A stretch of DNA of 64,000 nt from assembly GCF_041956535.1 (NCBI RefSeq), contig NW_027192198.1, forward strand, positions 566,714 to 630,713, in the 5' to 3' direction. The position numbers and the translations under genes are program-made. Source of the stretch: Calcarisporiella thermophila CBS 279.70 (taxonomy: Eukaryota; Fungi; Calcarisporiellomycota). The notes below the pieces were generated by a model. It was given only the letters and a program-made list of their open reading frames with translations, ran no database searches and was not told where the DNA came from. Below, one piece after another: positions 50,417 to 62,508 of this stretch. The first letter of the stretch is position 1, and each line of letters begins with the position of its first letter.

Positions 50417-52561
50417 TTAAAGAGCGAATTGGAAAATACGAGAGCTGGAGAGGAAGCGGCGTACTACATTGTTCCCCTTCTCCTTCTTTTCGCTCTTTTT
50501 GGGGGCATCTGATAAATCTGCGACGCCCAAAGCATTGGCAAAAGCGAAGAAGATCTCAGTGTTATCCAGGACAGGGCGACCAAATAGCTCTGATCCTGGT
50601 CCTGATGCGAACACTGGGACGTCTTGCAGAGTGTGGACGGAATCTTCATGGTCTGCTGGTAGATCACCTTGGAGATTGATTCCATGTGGATCGTCATTTG
50701 GATTAGCAATGTAATTTTTAGCATTGGCTCCTTCACCCTTCACGGCGGGCGTGCGCATCTTAGCACTGAGTTGGTAGTCCTCGTGGTGGGATGGGAAATT
50801 GTTGGGGCCAGCTGCAAGGGTAAAGCGTGGAGTCCAGTTATCGGGGAATCCATCACCATTTGCGTCTACATAGTCTGGGAAACCGCTTTGCTGGTAGGTT
50901 CCAATTGCGCGACGCTTCAAGGCTTGTTGCTGCGAGTCGTCTGTGTCGGGCAGAGAGTTGAAGTATTTCGTGTCCACACTTCCGAAAACATCGAATGAGT
51001 GTGCGTGGTCAGCAGTTACAACGATAAGTGTGTTTTCCAACTCGCCATTGGCCTTCAACCAATTAATTGTGGCATTCACGGCAGCGTCGAGCTCCAAGGT
51101 GTCGGCAAGACCACGATCATAATCAAGAGGATGCATCATTTTATCGATTGATGCCGCCTCAATCATACAGAAGAACCCAGCGTCACCGCCGCGCTTCTTT
51201 AGCACTTCGAGGGCCTTGACGGACATTTCGGGCAAATTGGGCTGGTTCAACGCATCCTGGCCGTTGCCGCGCGGGTCAGATTTCTGACTCTTCAAATTGT
51301 CGGTGTACACGTTGCGATCAAGCCAAACGTTCATGTTTCCTTGATGGAAAATGCCAAGAAGGGGTTTGGAGTCCGTGTAGTTCGCAAGCTCATTCTTGTC
51401 GTAAACAACAGCATAGCCAAACTCGTTTTGATAAATGTCGTAATAGTTCTGTCCATTGAGAGACTTTCCACCGGTGTTATTATGGAAGTAGGCACCACCT
51501 CCTCCAAGGAACACATCGGCGCGAACGGGCTCCGAGAAGTTTGCAACCCCACGAATAAGCTGGTCGGTGATGATGGCCTTGTCGCTGCGACGACGGGTAT
51601 GCGAGAAAACTGCCGCAGGAGTGGCATCTTGTACCTCGGCGGTTGTGACAATACCGATAGCAGGCTTACCTCCCTTGGTGGCTGGGCGACGGCGAAGCAT
51701 TTCTGCGAGCAACTCCTGCTTCGGGTCGTCGAGCGAACTTGCAGAGGAGTCGGGATAAACTCCGAGAGCATTCACCGAAGTCTTATGGCCAGTATGATAT
51801 GCACTTGCGGAGTTTGCAGAGTCGGTGATAAGAGAATCCAAGCTGTGGGTCATAACATGGCCCAAGCGCTCCATTTGGTCAATAGTGAGTAGGCGCTGGT
51901 ATTTACCGCTAACACGAGGACGGGAAATCAAGCGGGCCGCAGTTAACGTGGCCGTGTTCATACCATCGCCGATGAAGAAAATAGCATTTTTAGCCTTTCG
52001 TGTTTCCACTGGGGCTTTAACCTCCCATTTGGCCTCTGTTGTTGTGTTCCCATTGTAGGTTACTCGCACAGTGTATGTACCTGGCTTTGGAAGGGAGACT
52101 TTGCGCCATACCCTCGAAGCCACATTAACATTGATAAGAGAGTTATTTCCATCCTGCGTGGCCCAGTAAGACGCCATATCCTAAAATAAGACGTATAGAC
52201 AATTCAGTTAGCTTTAATCATTTCGCAAAGCATCGAGTTTTCGTACCTCAGCATAAGTGAAGTTCCACTGTTCAAGCGCGGGGGGTGGCACATTTAAGAA
52301 CTGGCTAACTTCCTGAGCATTGCCATCCTCGGAGGAGATGGTCACGGAGAAATTGGTGTCTGGGGTACCTGCTGCCTGATTGGCACCGGCGCCTGGGGCG
52401 TGGACTTCAACTCGGAGATCAAAGTAGCCTCCAGGAACAAACGAAGATGCCGACGGAGGGAAGATGCACGCAAGATCAGGGCAGGCGCCCAATCGCGTAA
52501 ACTGCTGGGCGCTTACTTTCAAAGCGCATAGGGCAAGGAGAGAAACTGAAATGACGCGCAT
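50417..52561 (-). CDS. Secreted alkaline phosphatase (PhoA superfamily) with extra N-terminal domain; 2 exons
   Basis: Signal peptide MRVISVSLLALCALKVSA. FFIGDGM, TDSANSA (Ser nucleophile), DATPAA, EAASIDKMMH, TADHAH, HTLQDVPV. Intron ~52180-52246. Confidence 0.95.
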
Positions 52562-52810
52562 ATTAAGGGAATGTAGGAATAAGAGATGACGAAGGCGGAC
52601 GTTACAGTATAGATTCAATAACTTATGGAAGGACGACTCCTGATCTCGAGCATTTAAGCGCGTAATTTTAATCGAGGTTTTCCAATTTTTATACCTCAAC
52701 TTCATTTTCCCATCGAGCCAATCATGTTCCGAGATTGCCGCACATTTAATTATGCTCCGAACTTTATTTTTAATACGGCGCTGAGAGGGAATGGCAGATC
52801 GCCCCAACCG

Positions 52811-52816
52811 CACGTG
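52811..52816. promoter_or_regulatory. CACGTG E-box (Pho4/Nuc-1-type site) upstream of alkaline phosphatase
   Basis: CACGTG lies about 250 bp upstream of the ATG, with a TATAAAA-like element near 52690. Consistent with PHO-regulon control of phosphatases. Confidence 0.45.
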
Positions 52817-53491
52817 TTGCGGTTGCGGACACAGGAGACGAGGAGAGATCGAAGCCGTGTGCGAGAACAAAATAACTCAAGAGCTAAGCAAACACAGCGG
52901 CTCTCCAGACCTAGCACGTCATCGAGTATCCCAAGGCCCTCGACGGTCTTGGCACGGCTAATATAAAGCCATCGGGGAAATGTGCCGCCGCTATCAGGGC
53001 TATCTCCTAGTAGCCAGCAGCCTGTGCGATCTCTCAGAGACGGTGGCCGAGGGGGAGGCGTGGGATTTCAGATGCCGAAACCCGCAGAAGCAAAGGCAGT
53101 TTAGGGTTGTACGCTGAGTTTCAGCGGGTTTATACGAGGAGAGATTTTACAATCGTAGGGTACGCTGAAGTGTAAACATTGCCTTATTGACGTGTTCCTG
53201 ATGATACGGTTGGACGCTCACTTTGAGAAAACTTCTTCTGAATGTGCGCCCGAGCACAGAGTGGTGTTAGAAATGAGCACCAGTAGACAGAGAGGCCGCT
53301 TCTTGCCAAGATTGACGACAAGTACTACGGGGAAGAGGGAGCTCTTCCGGGCGTTTACAAGTGGATTCTGGACTTTATTGATCTAAAGGGATAAAGGAGC
53401 AAGAGAAATGATACAAGAAGAAATATTGTTATCATGAAACAGATATGTAGTATAAACAAAATATATAAATTAAAAAAAAAGTATATTACAT

Positions 53492-54980
53492 CTACAAAGA
53501 CCCACTTTGTGGGAATGGACTCACTAGCTGCCACTCCTCTCCATCTTCTGCATTGTCATCATCTTCTAACAACAGCTCGCCATATTCCTCCTCTTCTCCA
53601 TTCTCTCCACGGGGAAAATAATTGTCGTGAAGTGTAACGGTCAGTCCATTGGCGCTTCCGGCACGCCGCAACGACATAACACGCACAAGTTGTTGAAAGT
53701 CGAGAGGAAATGATTGATTAGGTATATGATAGTAATTTGTTACATGGGAATTTCTATTTAGCAAAAGCATGTCACTTAGAAACCACTATGCTGATGCTGC
53801 GTGCTCAATGATTGGGATATTTACCTTCCCAACTTTGCTGACTGACAGCAAAGCAAGAGATTATGTAGCGTATTGGGGGCGCGGTTCACAGTTATTTCCA
53901 CGCCCTGAGTATAGCAAAGGTAGGCGATGTCGTAATTAAGCATTGCCCATCCAACCATGAAAGACTGCGAATTCAAATCGTTAAGATATAGCGGGGTTTT
54001 GCTATAAAGTCATGAGGCTTCATCAGTATGTCCATCCAACTTGGAAAATGCCATTTCAGATTTAAACCTGGATGGTTTCCCAGCTAGTGCTGCCCGAGCA
54101 TAGGATTTAGTCCCACGATTCACCACTTGAAAGGGGAGTTTCACTCCAAGATAATACGACAGCACATTTGTAAAGTGGATAACATGGCCAAGAGTAGCAT
54201 TAAGTTCATGTCTTGGGAATTCTGCAAGGTACAGGATTGAGTGAGCAATTAGCTATTAAAGTAACCAGCTAACTATAAGAAATTACTAGTAAAGTCCCCT
54301 CGACTCGGAAGCCACATTCCTAAGATCTGGTATTCCATCGCCGCATCTCTACCGCGAACATCTTGCACTCGGCGAAGATCAAACAGTGACACTAATTTGG
54401 CGACGAGCTCTTGTCGCAAACCAACCGTCATCAGATGCACTTGACGCCACTTGGCCGTGAGAGGCCTAATATCTTGCTGCAATTCCTCTGATTCGAGCTC
54501 TTTCTCATATCGTTTACTCACATCAGAAAGTTCACGTCGGCGTACAATGAGCTGTGCGCGTAGTTCGTCCACCCGATCCCGTTCTAAATATTAGGGATAT
54601 AGATTAGCATGTGATCAATGAATGTTCCCCCAAGTTGGTAATATATACCTCGTTCAATTTCCTTCTTTAGTCTACCAATCTCTTGCTCAATTGTGCGAAC
54701 ATTCTGATTGCGAGTATACATCTCCATCTTCTGCGCGCCAAGGTCCCGCAGAGGACCCTTGAGTGTATCATTGACCTTACTTGAGTATTTCTGTTTATCT
54801 GCTGATATGCGATCCATATCATTACGATGTTGACAGAGCCTACAACGTAATCTCTTGGTCAATCACTTATGTCTATTTAAAATCATTTAGTAGATTTTCT
54901 GAAAACTCTGATTACCTCTCACGAAGACATTGGGGACAATAGAGTTTCCGACGGACACTGTGACATATTCCACATTCCAT
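53492..54980 (-). CDS. ATG14: Atg14/Vps38/UVRAG-family class III PI3K subunit, multi-exon
   Basis: N-terminal CxxC...CxxC (MECGICH...YCPQC), coiled coil, ATLGHVIH...SYYLGVKLPF, AMLNYDIAYLC, acidic tail with EEWQLV. Confidence 0.82.
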
Positions 54981-55201
54981 CCGTCCTAACAAGTCGATGA
55001 AAGAAAAACTAACAAACAGTTGAATGGCCTGGCTACTAGGACAGACATTATTAAAAATGACCGTGGAGCTTGTAGCTCACGTGCTGCAACGAAAAAAATC
55101 ATCGACGTAAGCAATTTAAAAATTGATAATATATTTCATGTAATATAATACAACAAAGCTCTATCTTGTATAAAGTAAATCAAATAAGTACTGAAAAAAA
55201 A

Positions 55202-55980
55202 TCAGTGATTGCCATAGCCGTTTTCACTAGGGAGTTTAAAGAAGTCATTCTCTTTGAACTGAAGATATCCCTGTCGCTGCAGCGACTGTTTAGCCACATT
55301 TATATCCATGTGAATATCCTCAATCAGTGCGTCTAAAAGTAAATGGAAAGAAAAATGAAGGTCAGCAGTAATTCGTGAAGAGAAGCCTAAGAGATTGATA
55401 TGCACCTAAAGATGTGTAGTTTTTCTCCGGGCGAATATACCCCAAGATTATGACTCGCAATTGTTCTCCGTAGAAATCACTCTCAAAAGAGTGGATCACA
55501 TGTACTTCCTGGATATAAAAATCAAAGGGAGTGACAGTCATTGTTACTAAGAGCACATTGGATGGCAAGTATCAATACAATGTATTCATACCAAGGATTT
55601 TTTTTCGTTCTTGTAGTAGGGGTTCCAACCGATAGACATAACCATAGGATAGATCTCTGGGTTGCTGCCCACGCGTGCCCATCCGAAATAGATGCCAGTA
55701 TCGAGTTCCCGTGAGAGGCTCTCGGTGGCATGTTCTGGAAGATTAGCTAATAGTGTTGATATTAAATCGGTTAAACAAGATGATTTACATGAAATAGTAG
55801 AGACAATATAAAAATCTCTCCTAAAATACCCCCATTTTTAAGGGAGAATCATCTAAACTCACCCGTCGGGATCCCTAGTTCTTTGCTGCCCCGTCCAAAA
55901 CCTTTTACGACCTCTCCTTTGACTTTGATTGCAAATTCTGGCTCCTCCGGACCAGCGATAGGTGATCGTTGTGGGGACAT
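55202..55980 (-). CDS. FMN1: Riboflavin kinase
   Basis: [56 protein letters not shown]; 3 introns. Confidence 0.97.
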
Positions 55981-56751
55981 ATAAACTATATGTAATCTAT
56001 TTCGAAATAAGAGCAGAGATTAAGAAAATAAAGAATAAAAAGAGAATAAGAGTTACAAAATAGAACAAAGAGTGAGATAGGAATACTGCAGCTTGTATAA
56101 GGTAAAATTTTTCAAGCCCCGATGTATTCAAGATTAGATTAATCATCCGAGTCACGCTTTTAAGAAATTCTGAGACATACTATATGATATGAAAAAAAGG
56201 GAGACATGCTGTTTGGCTCGCCAACATAGCATTAAAGGGGTGCGAATAAGTTGTTGAGGAATTGGATACCAACACATAAATGTGGGTGATAGTCACAAAG
56301 GATTATTTATTATGCTAGGGGGATTGCATAATCCCCAGATATCCTGCAAGCTCGAAGAGACGCAAAGCCTCTTGCAGCCCAAGAAAGTGACAATAAACCC
56401 ACTCGACACTATGAATGCTTAAGCGACGAAGTGAACGGAGGATCGTACGATGGAGAATTAACATCAGTTTGAGTTTTAAGGTATAATGAAGTTTGCATTG
56501 TCCATTTGATATTCCAGCCTAACATATGACAAGTCGTTGAATAAAATACAATAAAATTATCTAAGTAGTACAATTGCACCAAAGAAGTCATGAAAAATAG
56601 TATAAAAAAGTAAGAGTGCCATCCTCCATAGAAAGAGTAACTGTTGCTATAAGATTAGAACCATTGGAAATTTCAGACGTGAGATAAGTTGAGAAAAAAA
56701 AAATATTACAGCTCATTTAGATATATTTAATTGTTAGTATACTCTATGCAA

Positions 56752-57928
56752 CTATGCTTTTCTCGACGATCCCCAATTAATCAACTTCTTGAGACTTGAT
56801 TCTAATTCATACTGTGAGTAGGTGCTGGACACTGTGCCATGCCGAAGGCCCAATGTGCTCCCAGCCAAATCATCCTGCGACTCGCGCAACAAAGCTTGAT
56901 TTTCGTCATCCCCCAATTCGTCGGTGTCAAACCCGCGTGAATGCAGTAGGGGTGTTGTAGGTTTAGCTCGTGTCAAGGTGGAAGGGTCATCCTCGTCGTA
57001 CCTCAAACCAGATTCTTCTTCATCTTTAGGTAAAGCCATCACTTTATCAAGCTTATTCTTGACAATTGTATCGACTAACCAAAACTGAATGATATTCATA
57101 ATAAGTGGAAAGCTAGAACAAAAACATCATTGTTAGTATAAGAGGTGTTTAGTTCCCACAACAATAGCAGCGCTTACACTAGCATCACAAAGACTACTTG
57201 CAAACGGGTATTTCCCATTGTCCATGCCAACGCCCATCGCCCCACGTCTACTAAAAACGGACATATCCGGAATATGCCCAGTACGACCAGTTTCATCAGT
57301 ATCAATGCCAGAATAAACATGAAAAGCTGTTTGCTCCAGCGATATATTTGATCCTGAAGTGGCGGTTCACCATAGTCACCAGAACGCAATTCCTCTATGC
57401 CAATACGCGTTACAAGTCGATTTAGACTTTGAATGATGCACCAAAGAATGAAAACTCCAATGGTTGTGTCGATAAGGATATTAAGAAAATACCTAAAGCA
57501 ATAGGTCTTAGACTCGAGCATAATCAGAACCAGAGATAAATCATTCGAGCGATTCTTACCAAACACAAGGATTGGATCCTTCGCCCGAATTCTGGTCTCT
57601 TTTAATATAAGAGACGATAATGTTTAATGCATGGATGACTCCAGCACCGATAACCTGCTTGCTTACGTCGAATCCCCTTCATTTGTAGAAAAGATTAAAT
57701 ATTGTCGTTCTCTCTTTAAACAAAAAGATGCTACCATATTAACAAAGGTCTCTGTGGTTTCTCTTGCTGCCGCTTAAAAATTAGGGTAGAAAAAGCAAGG
57801 GATGCTAACAGCAACTGTATAATCACAGCAAATGAATCCATGAGCTTGCATCCTGCCTGCTCGTTATCGTCGCCATCGTCATTTAGCTGGTAATTTTCAT
57901 ATAATTTGGTAATAATAGGCTGATCCAT
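56752..57928 (-). CDS. STIMATE/DUF3661-family (YPL162C-like) multi-pass membrane protein
   Basis: CKLMDSFAVIIQ, KRQQEKPQRPLLIW|GFDVSKQ, NPCVW|YFLNILIDTTIG, SGDYGEPP, QVVFVML, NIIQFWLVDTIVK. Confidence 0.88.
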
Positions 57929-58228
57929 ACAAAAAAATTATAAAGTAAAACAAGATGAGAAGACATCACTTGGCGTCCTATTCACCGACGGCTTTACTAC
58001 TCAAATGTCAAATTTTATCCCAGCCACACAATTTTTGCAGGCAAATTAAGGGCCAATCTTAAATAGATCGAATAAATATATTGGAAATAACAGCGGTGAC
58101 CTTTGAAATTTTAGCAAGGCGGAGTATAAATATGTCGAAAATAGTCAGAAAATGAATAATTAAAATACAACGTTAAAGGGGATCCAAAATAGATAGGACA
58201 AGTTACATTAATGAATGAGATTCCATGC

Positions 58229-61200
58229 CTAGGCATCCAAAGCAAATGTAATATCCACATCTTGATAGTTAGCGCCATGATTATCCCCCGTTGCAAGCGC
58301 CGACAAGGCATGTTCCTTTCTTCGTTTCAGGTGAGCTAGAGTATTCTTAAAGTGTTTGATGACGAACTCTGAGATATTGCCCACCTCAATAAGCGACGAC
58401 GAGCTAGGTGTCGGCAGAGAATTGGTTTGGTCTGATCCAAGATTGGTGAGATTCGTGTTGATAAGATCAATTAAACCGTTGAGATATTTAACGGTAATGA
58501 CTTCATTGCCGCGCTGGAAGTAATAGATATAGCGATTGAGAATCTCAACAAAAAGTTCGGTGCTAGTGGCAGAATCCAGGCATGCGTCGGCGATTTTCAG
58601 AGCCTTTTGAAGGCTCTCTAGCACCCGTTTGTCATCGCGGAGAAGCGGCTAAAAAGCCAAATAGGCGCCATTAGGATGGGGGGAGAAGAAAAATTGATCG
58701 AAAAACCGCTATGCTTACCTCATCTACTTTTCCTTCCTCTTGCATACTATGCTCAGTAGCCCACGATAAGTGACTGCAAAGGTACACCGCACGGCATTGG
58801 TCTGGTTTTTTTAATAGTCTATTTCCATAGAGTGCTGCTTTGGTAGCAAGCGTGTCGTAATTCTCCGATCCAAAGCACCGCGTCGTTTGAAGTGAGCCGA
58901 TAATCATAGTAATCGCTTGGAATTGGGCATGAGATTCAGAGATGGATTCTTCATAAATCGTAAATGCCTGTACGAAAAATTCGTATGCTATCTCCTCAAA
59001 ACCCTTCTCATCCGCGGACTGAGCAGCTAACAAAAAAAGCCTGAGAGAGATATCTGGAGTGTCCACTTTGGTGTAAAGGGTTGAAATAATTTGGTGTAAG
59101 AATCGGAACAGGGTGGTACATTTTCGTTCGTTTGCTTCATCCCCTTGGTCAATTGGTTTATAGCGTCGAGCAAGCTTCATACCTGCAACAGTAAGTGCAG
59201 GATAGGTATAGCGGATGCGCTCGCCTCCCTCACTGAATTGGTTGCGGGCAATAGAGAGAAGTTTAAACTGTTGATCCACATCATCACTCTTCAACAAGTG
59301 GATCATTCGAGCTAGCCATCCCTGCTCCTCTGCACTATCCTCCAAATCGTATTCACCATGCATAAACTCACTGCCATCACCTGATTTTGGCGCATCTTTT
59401 TGATCACGCAATAGAACTCCACACAGTTCAAAAATGACTGTCGCATCCTCAGGGTCTTCAATAATAGTGGAGTTTTTCAAGATTGAAGTCACAACGGCGT
59501 GCGAAACTGTGCGACGAGTAAGGAAACTCTGGCGGGCAAGCAGCGGGGCATAGTTGGTGATGGAACGAAGGGTGAGCACAGAAGGGTAACGCTGTATCGG
59601 AGATAGGAGGAGGTTTTGTAAATTTTTCGTACTTTGAGGAGCGTTAATTTCTGGGCTTTCTGTAAAGTCGTTGAATTTTTCGAGCGCAAAACCGAACACT
59701 TGGTCGACATATGCGACCTCTTTTGGATAGCAGTTGATCGAGAGGTTAGTGAGAGAAACGAGCAGTGCGATAATATCTTCCAGGGTGAGATCTGGACGGG
59801 CCTAAATCAAGATATTTAGAGTGGATAAGTGAAACACTGAATAACCCATAATTACCTTTGTTAAAGCAACAATCTGTTCCCAAAAGACTCCAAACAAGTT
59901 TACACCCTCCGGAATTCCCCTAATTTTCTCTGATTCTTTTTTCGAATTCGCCTCGTTATCATCATTACTCGCGGTTTCAGATGGCTCACTATTGGGATTG
60001 CTCCCCTGAGCTACCTGCTGACAATCCTGATGTAAGATTTCACCATTGCCTTGTTCATTGCCCCCATTTTTATCGGCAGGAACATTGGGATCTTGGTTTA
60101 AAATTTTAGGCTCCTCGGTTTGCTCCGAATCTGCCTCTCGGGTAGCATAAGCTGCAAGTCGATCAATCAAAGCAGTAATTATCTGCCGAATATTGACCTT
60201 AGGATGAAGTTGGGCAACTGCAGAGAGAAGGGGGGCGAGGGTGCGAAGATGAAGATCATCGTGAAATACCTTAGAAAAAAAATCGGTCACACATGGTTTC
60301 GCAGTGTATAAACTAGTACCGGCTTACTTGAATTATTGCTTCTAGCAAATATTCCTGGGCGAGTGCATCTTTACATATGACTATCTGTTCTAAAATGCTA
60401 GGAAGAATTTTCTGAAAGCAAATGTATCAGGATTGTATAGTGTGTACACTAGCAACTTGTATGAATACTGACCTCCTTATATATCTTTAAGTCAACCCCT
60501 TCCAGCTGGCTTAACCGTACTAAATTCGTTCCCACCAAAATTCGTAGATCCCTACGTTCCATCTCACGCTTCTCTCGTTCCCGGGATGGACCTTGATGCT
60601 GAAGTCGTACCCAAAGTTTGTTCATTTCGGTGAAATTTGTCAAAATAAATTCGATAGAGTCGTTGAGATTGCCCTGTGGTCTATCAGCCGTAGATACGGT
60701 TAGTAACACAATAAATAAAATAACACTACGTATAATTTTTTCTGATTCTCACCCCTCATTATTTTCAGTCGGCAAATGATCTTTCGTCAACCCACTTAAA
60801 TAATGACGCAAAAATAAACCTCGCGTTGGATGCATAACTCCGCGGCACATTTCTAACATATCTCTCAAAATCTCTTTTTTTGGCGCTCCATCCATTTCCA
60901 GGTATACGCATCCGACAGTTATCATCAAATATAGGCGTGGCACTATATTGCCTGCATATTGTACGAGTTCATACAAATCTGCAAGATGATGTCTCCCCGA
61001 TGTGTGAGCATCGTGAAGGTAAGAAGCAAGATGCCGAAGCGCATCAAAAATAGCCATATCTTTTGAGATTATAAGAGAATTAATCACATAATGATCGGCA
61101 TATATATATATCAAAAATGACTTACAAAGTTCATAGTAGCTCTTTGGATTAAGCGACGAAGTGCGAAGTTCGGCTAGCATGGTGGAGCAATGTTTAAGCC

Positions 61201-61432
61201 CATCCATAAGCCTATTATTTTCCTATTTGTTAAATCGTGACATAAAAAATAAAAATTGTAAATACATTTTGAAAATATGCTCAAAGACAGCAATGGTGCG
61301 CCAAGTTATGAAAATTTCATTAGTTCATACCAGGCATTTCTTCATTTGAAACGCTTGCACTCTGACTACGCTCAAGGCATCTTCGAGCAGCTTAACTTGA
61401 TCCTCAGCCGCAGGCGGATTTAAAGCTGCCAT
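58229..61432 (-). CDS. VPS35: Retromer cargo-selective subunit Vps35
   Basis: [75 protein letters not shown]; multi-exon. Confidence 0.98.
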
Positions 61433-62508
61433 ATCAATACAAGTGGTTTGTAAATAACAAGAAGCAAATAAGGGAGTAAGAAGATATTAGGGACTAAGAT
61501 GAATATAATATTCTATAACTGAGCGATATGAAACCGAATAGTTAGCTACACCCGCTCTTCCGCACAAGAGTCGCGTTAGTATTGGAAATACATCATATGT
61601 GGCTTGTGCCAATTAATTTCACATTAGATATTTTAAAATAGACCGGTCGAAGATTCCATTTTATATTATATGCAAGTCCTAGGAGTCCGGTAGTTGACAA
61701 CAGATGGGATCATAAACTGGAAGTGCTCGCTCTACTATTGCATATTCTTCTCATAGAGTACTAATTTCTTAGACATATTTATCTTTTAATAGCTAAGTGT
61801 TTACTTCAATTCAACAATATTGAAGTATGCTAACCAATGTGTTTCGTTTAATCACGTAGACCAAGCGACTCACGGTCTATTGCAAATGTAGAATGGTCAA
61901 ACACATTTATGGCAGGCGTTGGAAACTCGTCGCAACGTTCACCATTAATTCGCATCAATTATCGTAAGACTGCAATTACTTACTCTAGATCAAAATATAA
62001 AAAATAAATCCGGTATAAGTTTAACATCAACTGACGACGACATGCTGGCGATCTGTCGTTTCCTTTTTTTTTATGCAACCGTCAACGGTTGATCCCAATA
62101 TCCAAAAGCCTGCCATATTTAGAAAGCTAATCTCGAGATTGCAAATATGACGAGCTAAAATTTTGAAATATATTGATTTCTCAGTTTGGACTGTAAAAAA
62201 GCACCAGTTTAGTTTCGAAAAAGGCTTAAAGACCTACAGTGTTCGCTTCCTATTTCTCTTGACATTTTCATCTAGGAAGACTATAAAATGATTCCTTCCT
62301 TTTTCTTTCCCGTTTTTTTCCTTTTGCTTCATTGTCATATGCACTCAGAGCACAAGTAGGATTTTACTTGAACCAAGACAGACATTGATCGAAAGTTACA
62401 GAGGCTCCATAAGCCTTTCAATATATTCAATCTACCCCCTATCTTTTCTTTATCTATCTATATACAATAATCTTATTGTAATCTTTGGCTGCATACAAAT
62501 ATTCAACG

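Noticed and set aside
56300-56460. FMN riboswitch upstream of riboflavin kinase, or U1/U2/U12 snRNA (ATTGCAT loop)
   Set aside because: None of the conserved riboswitch or snRNA 5' and Sm motifs are present.
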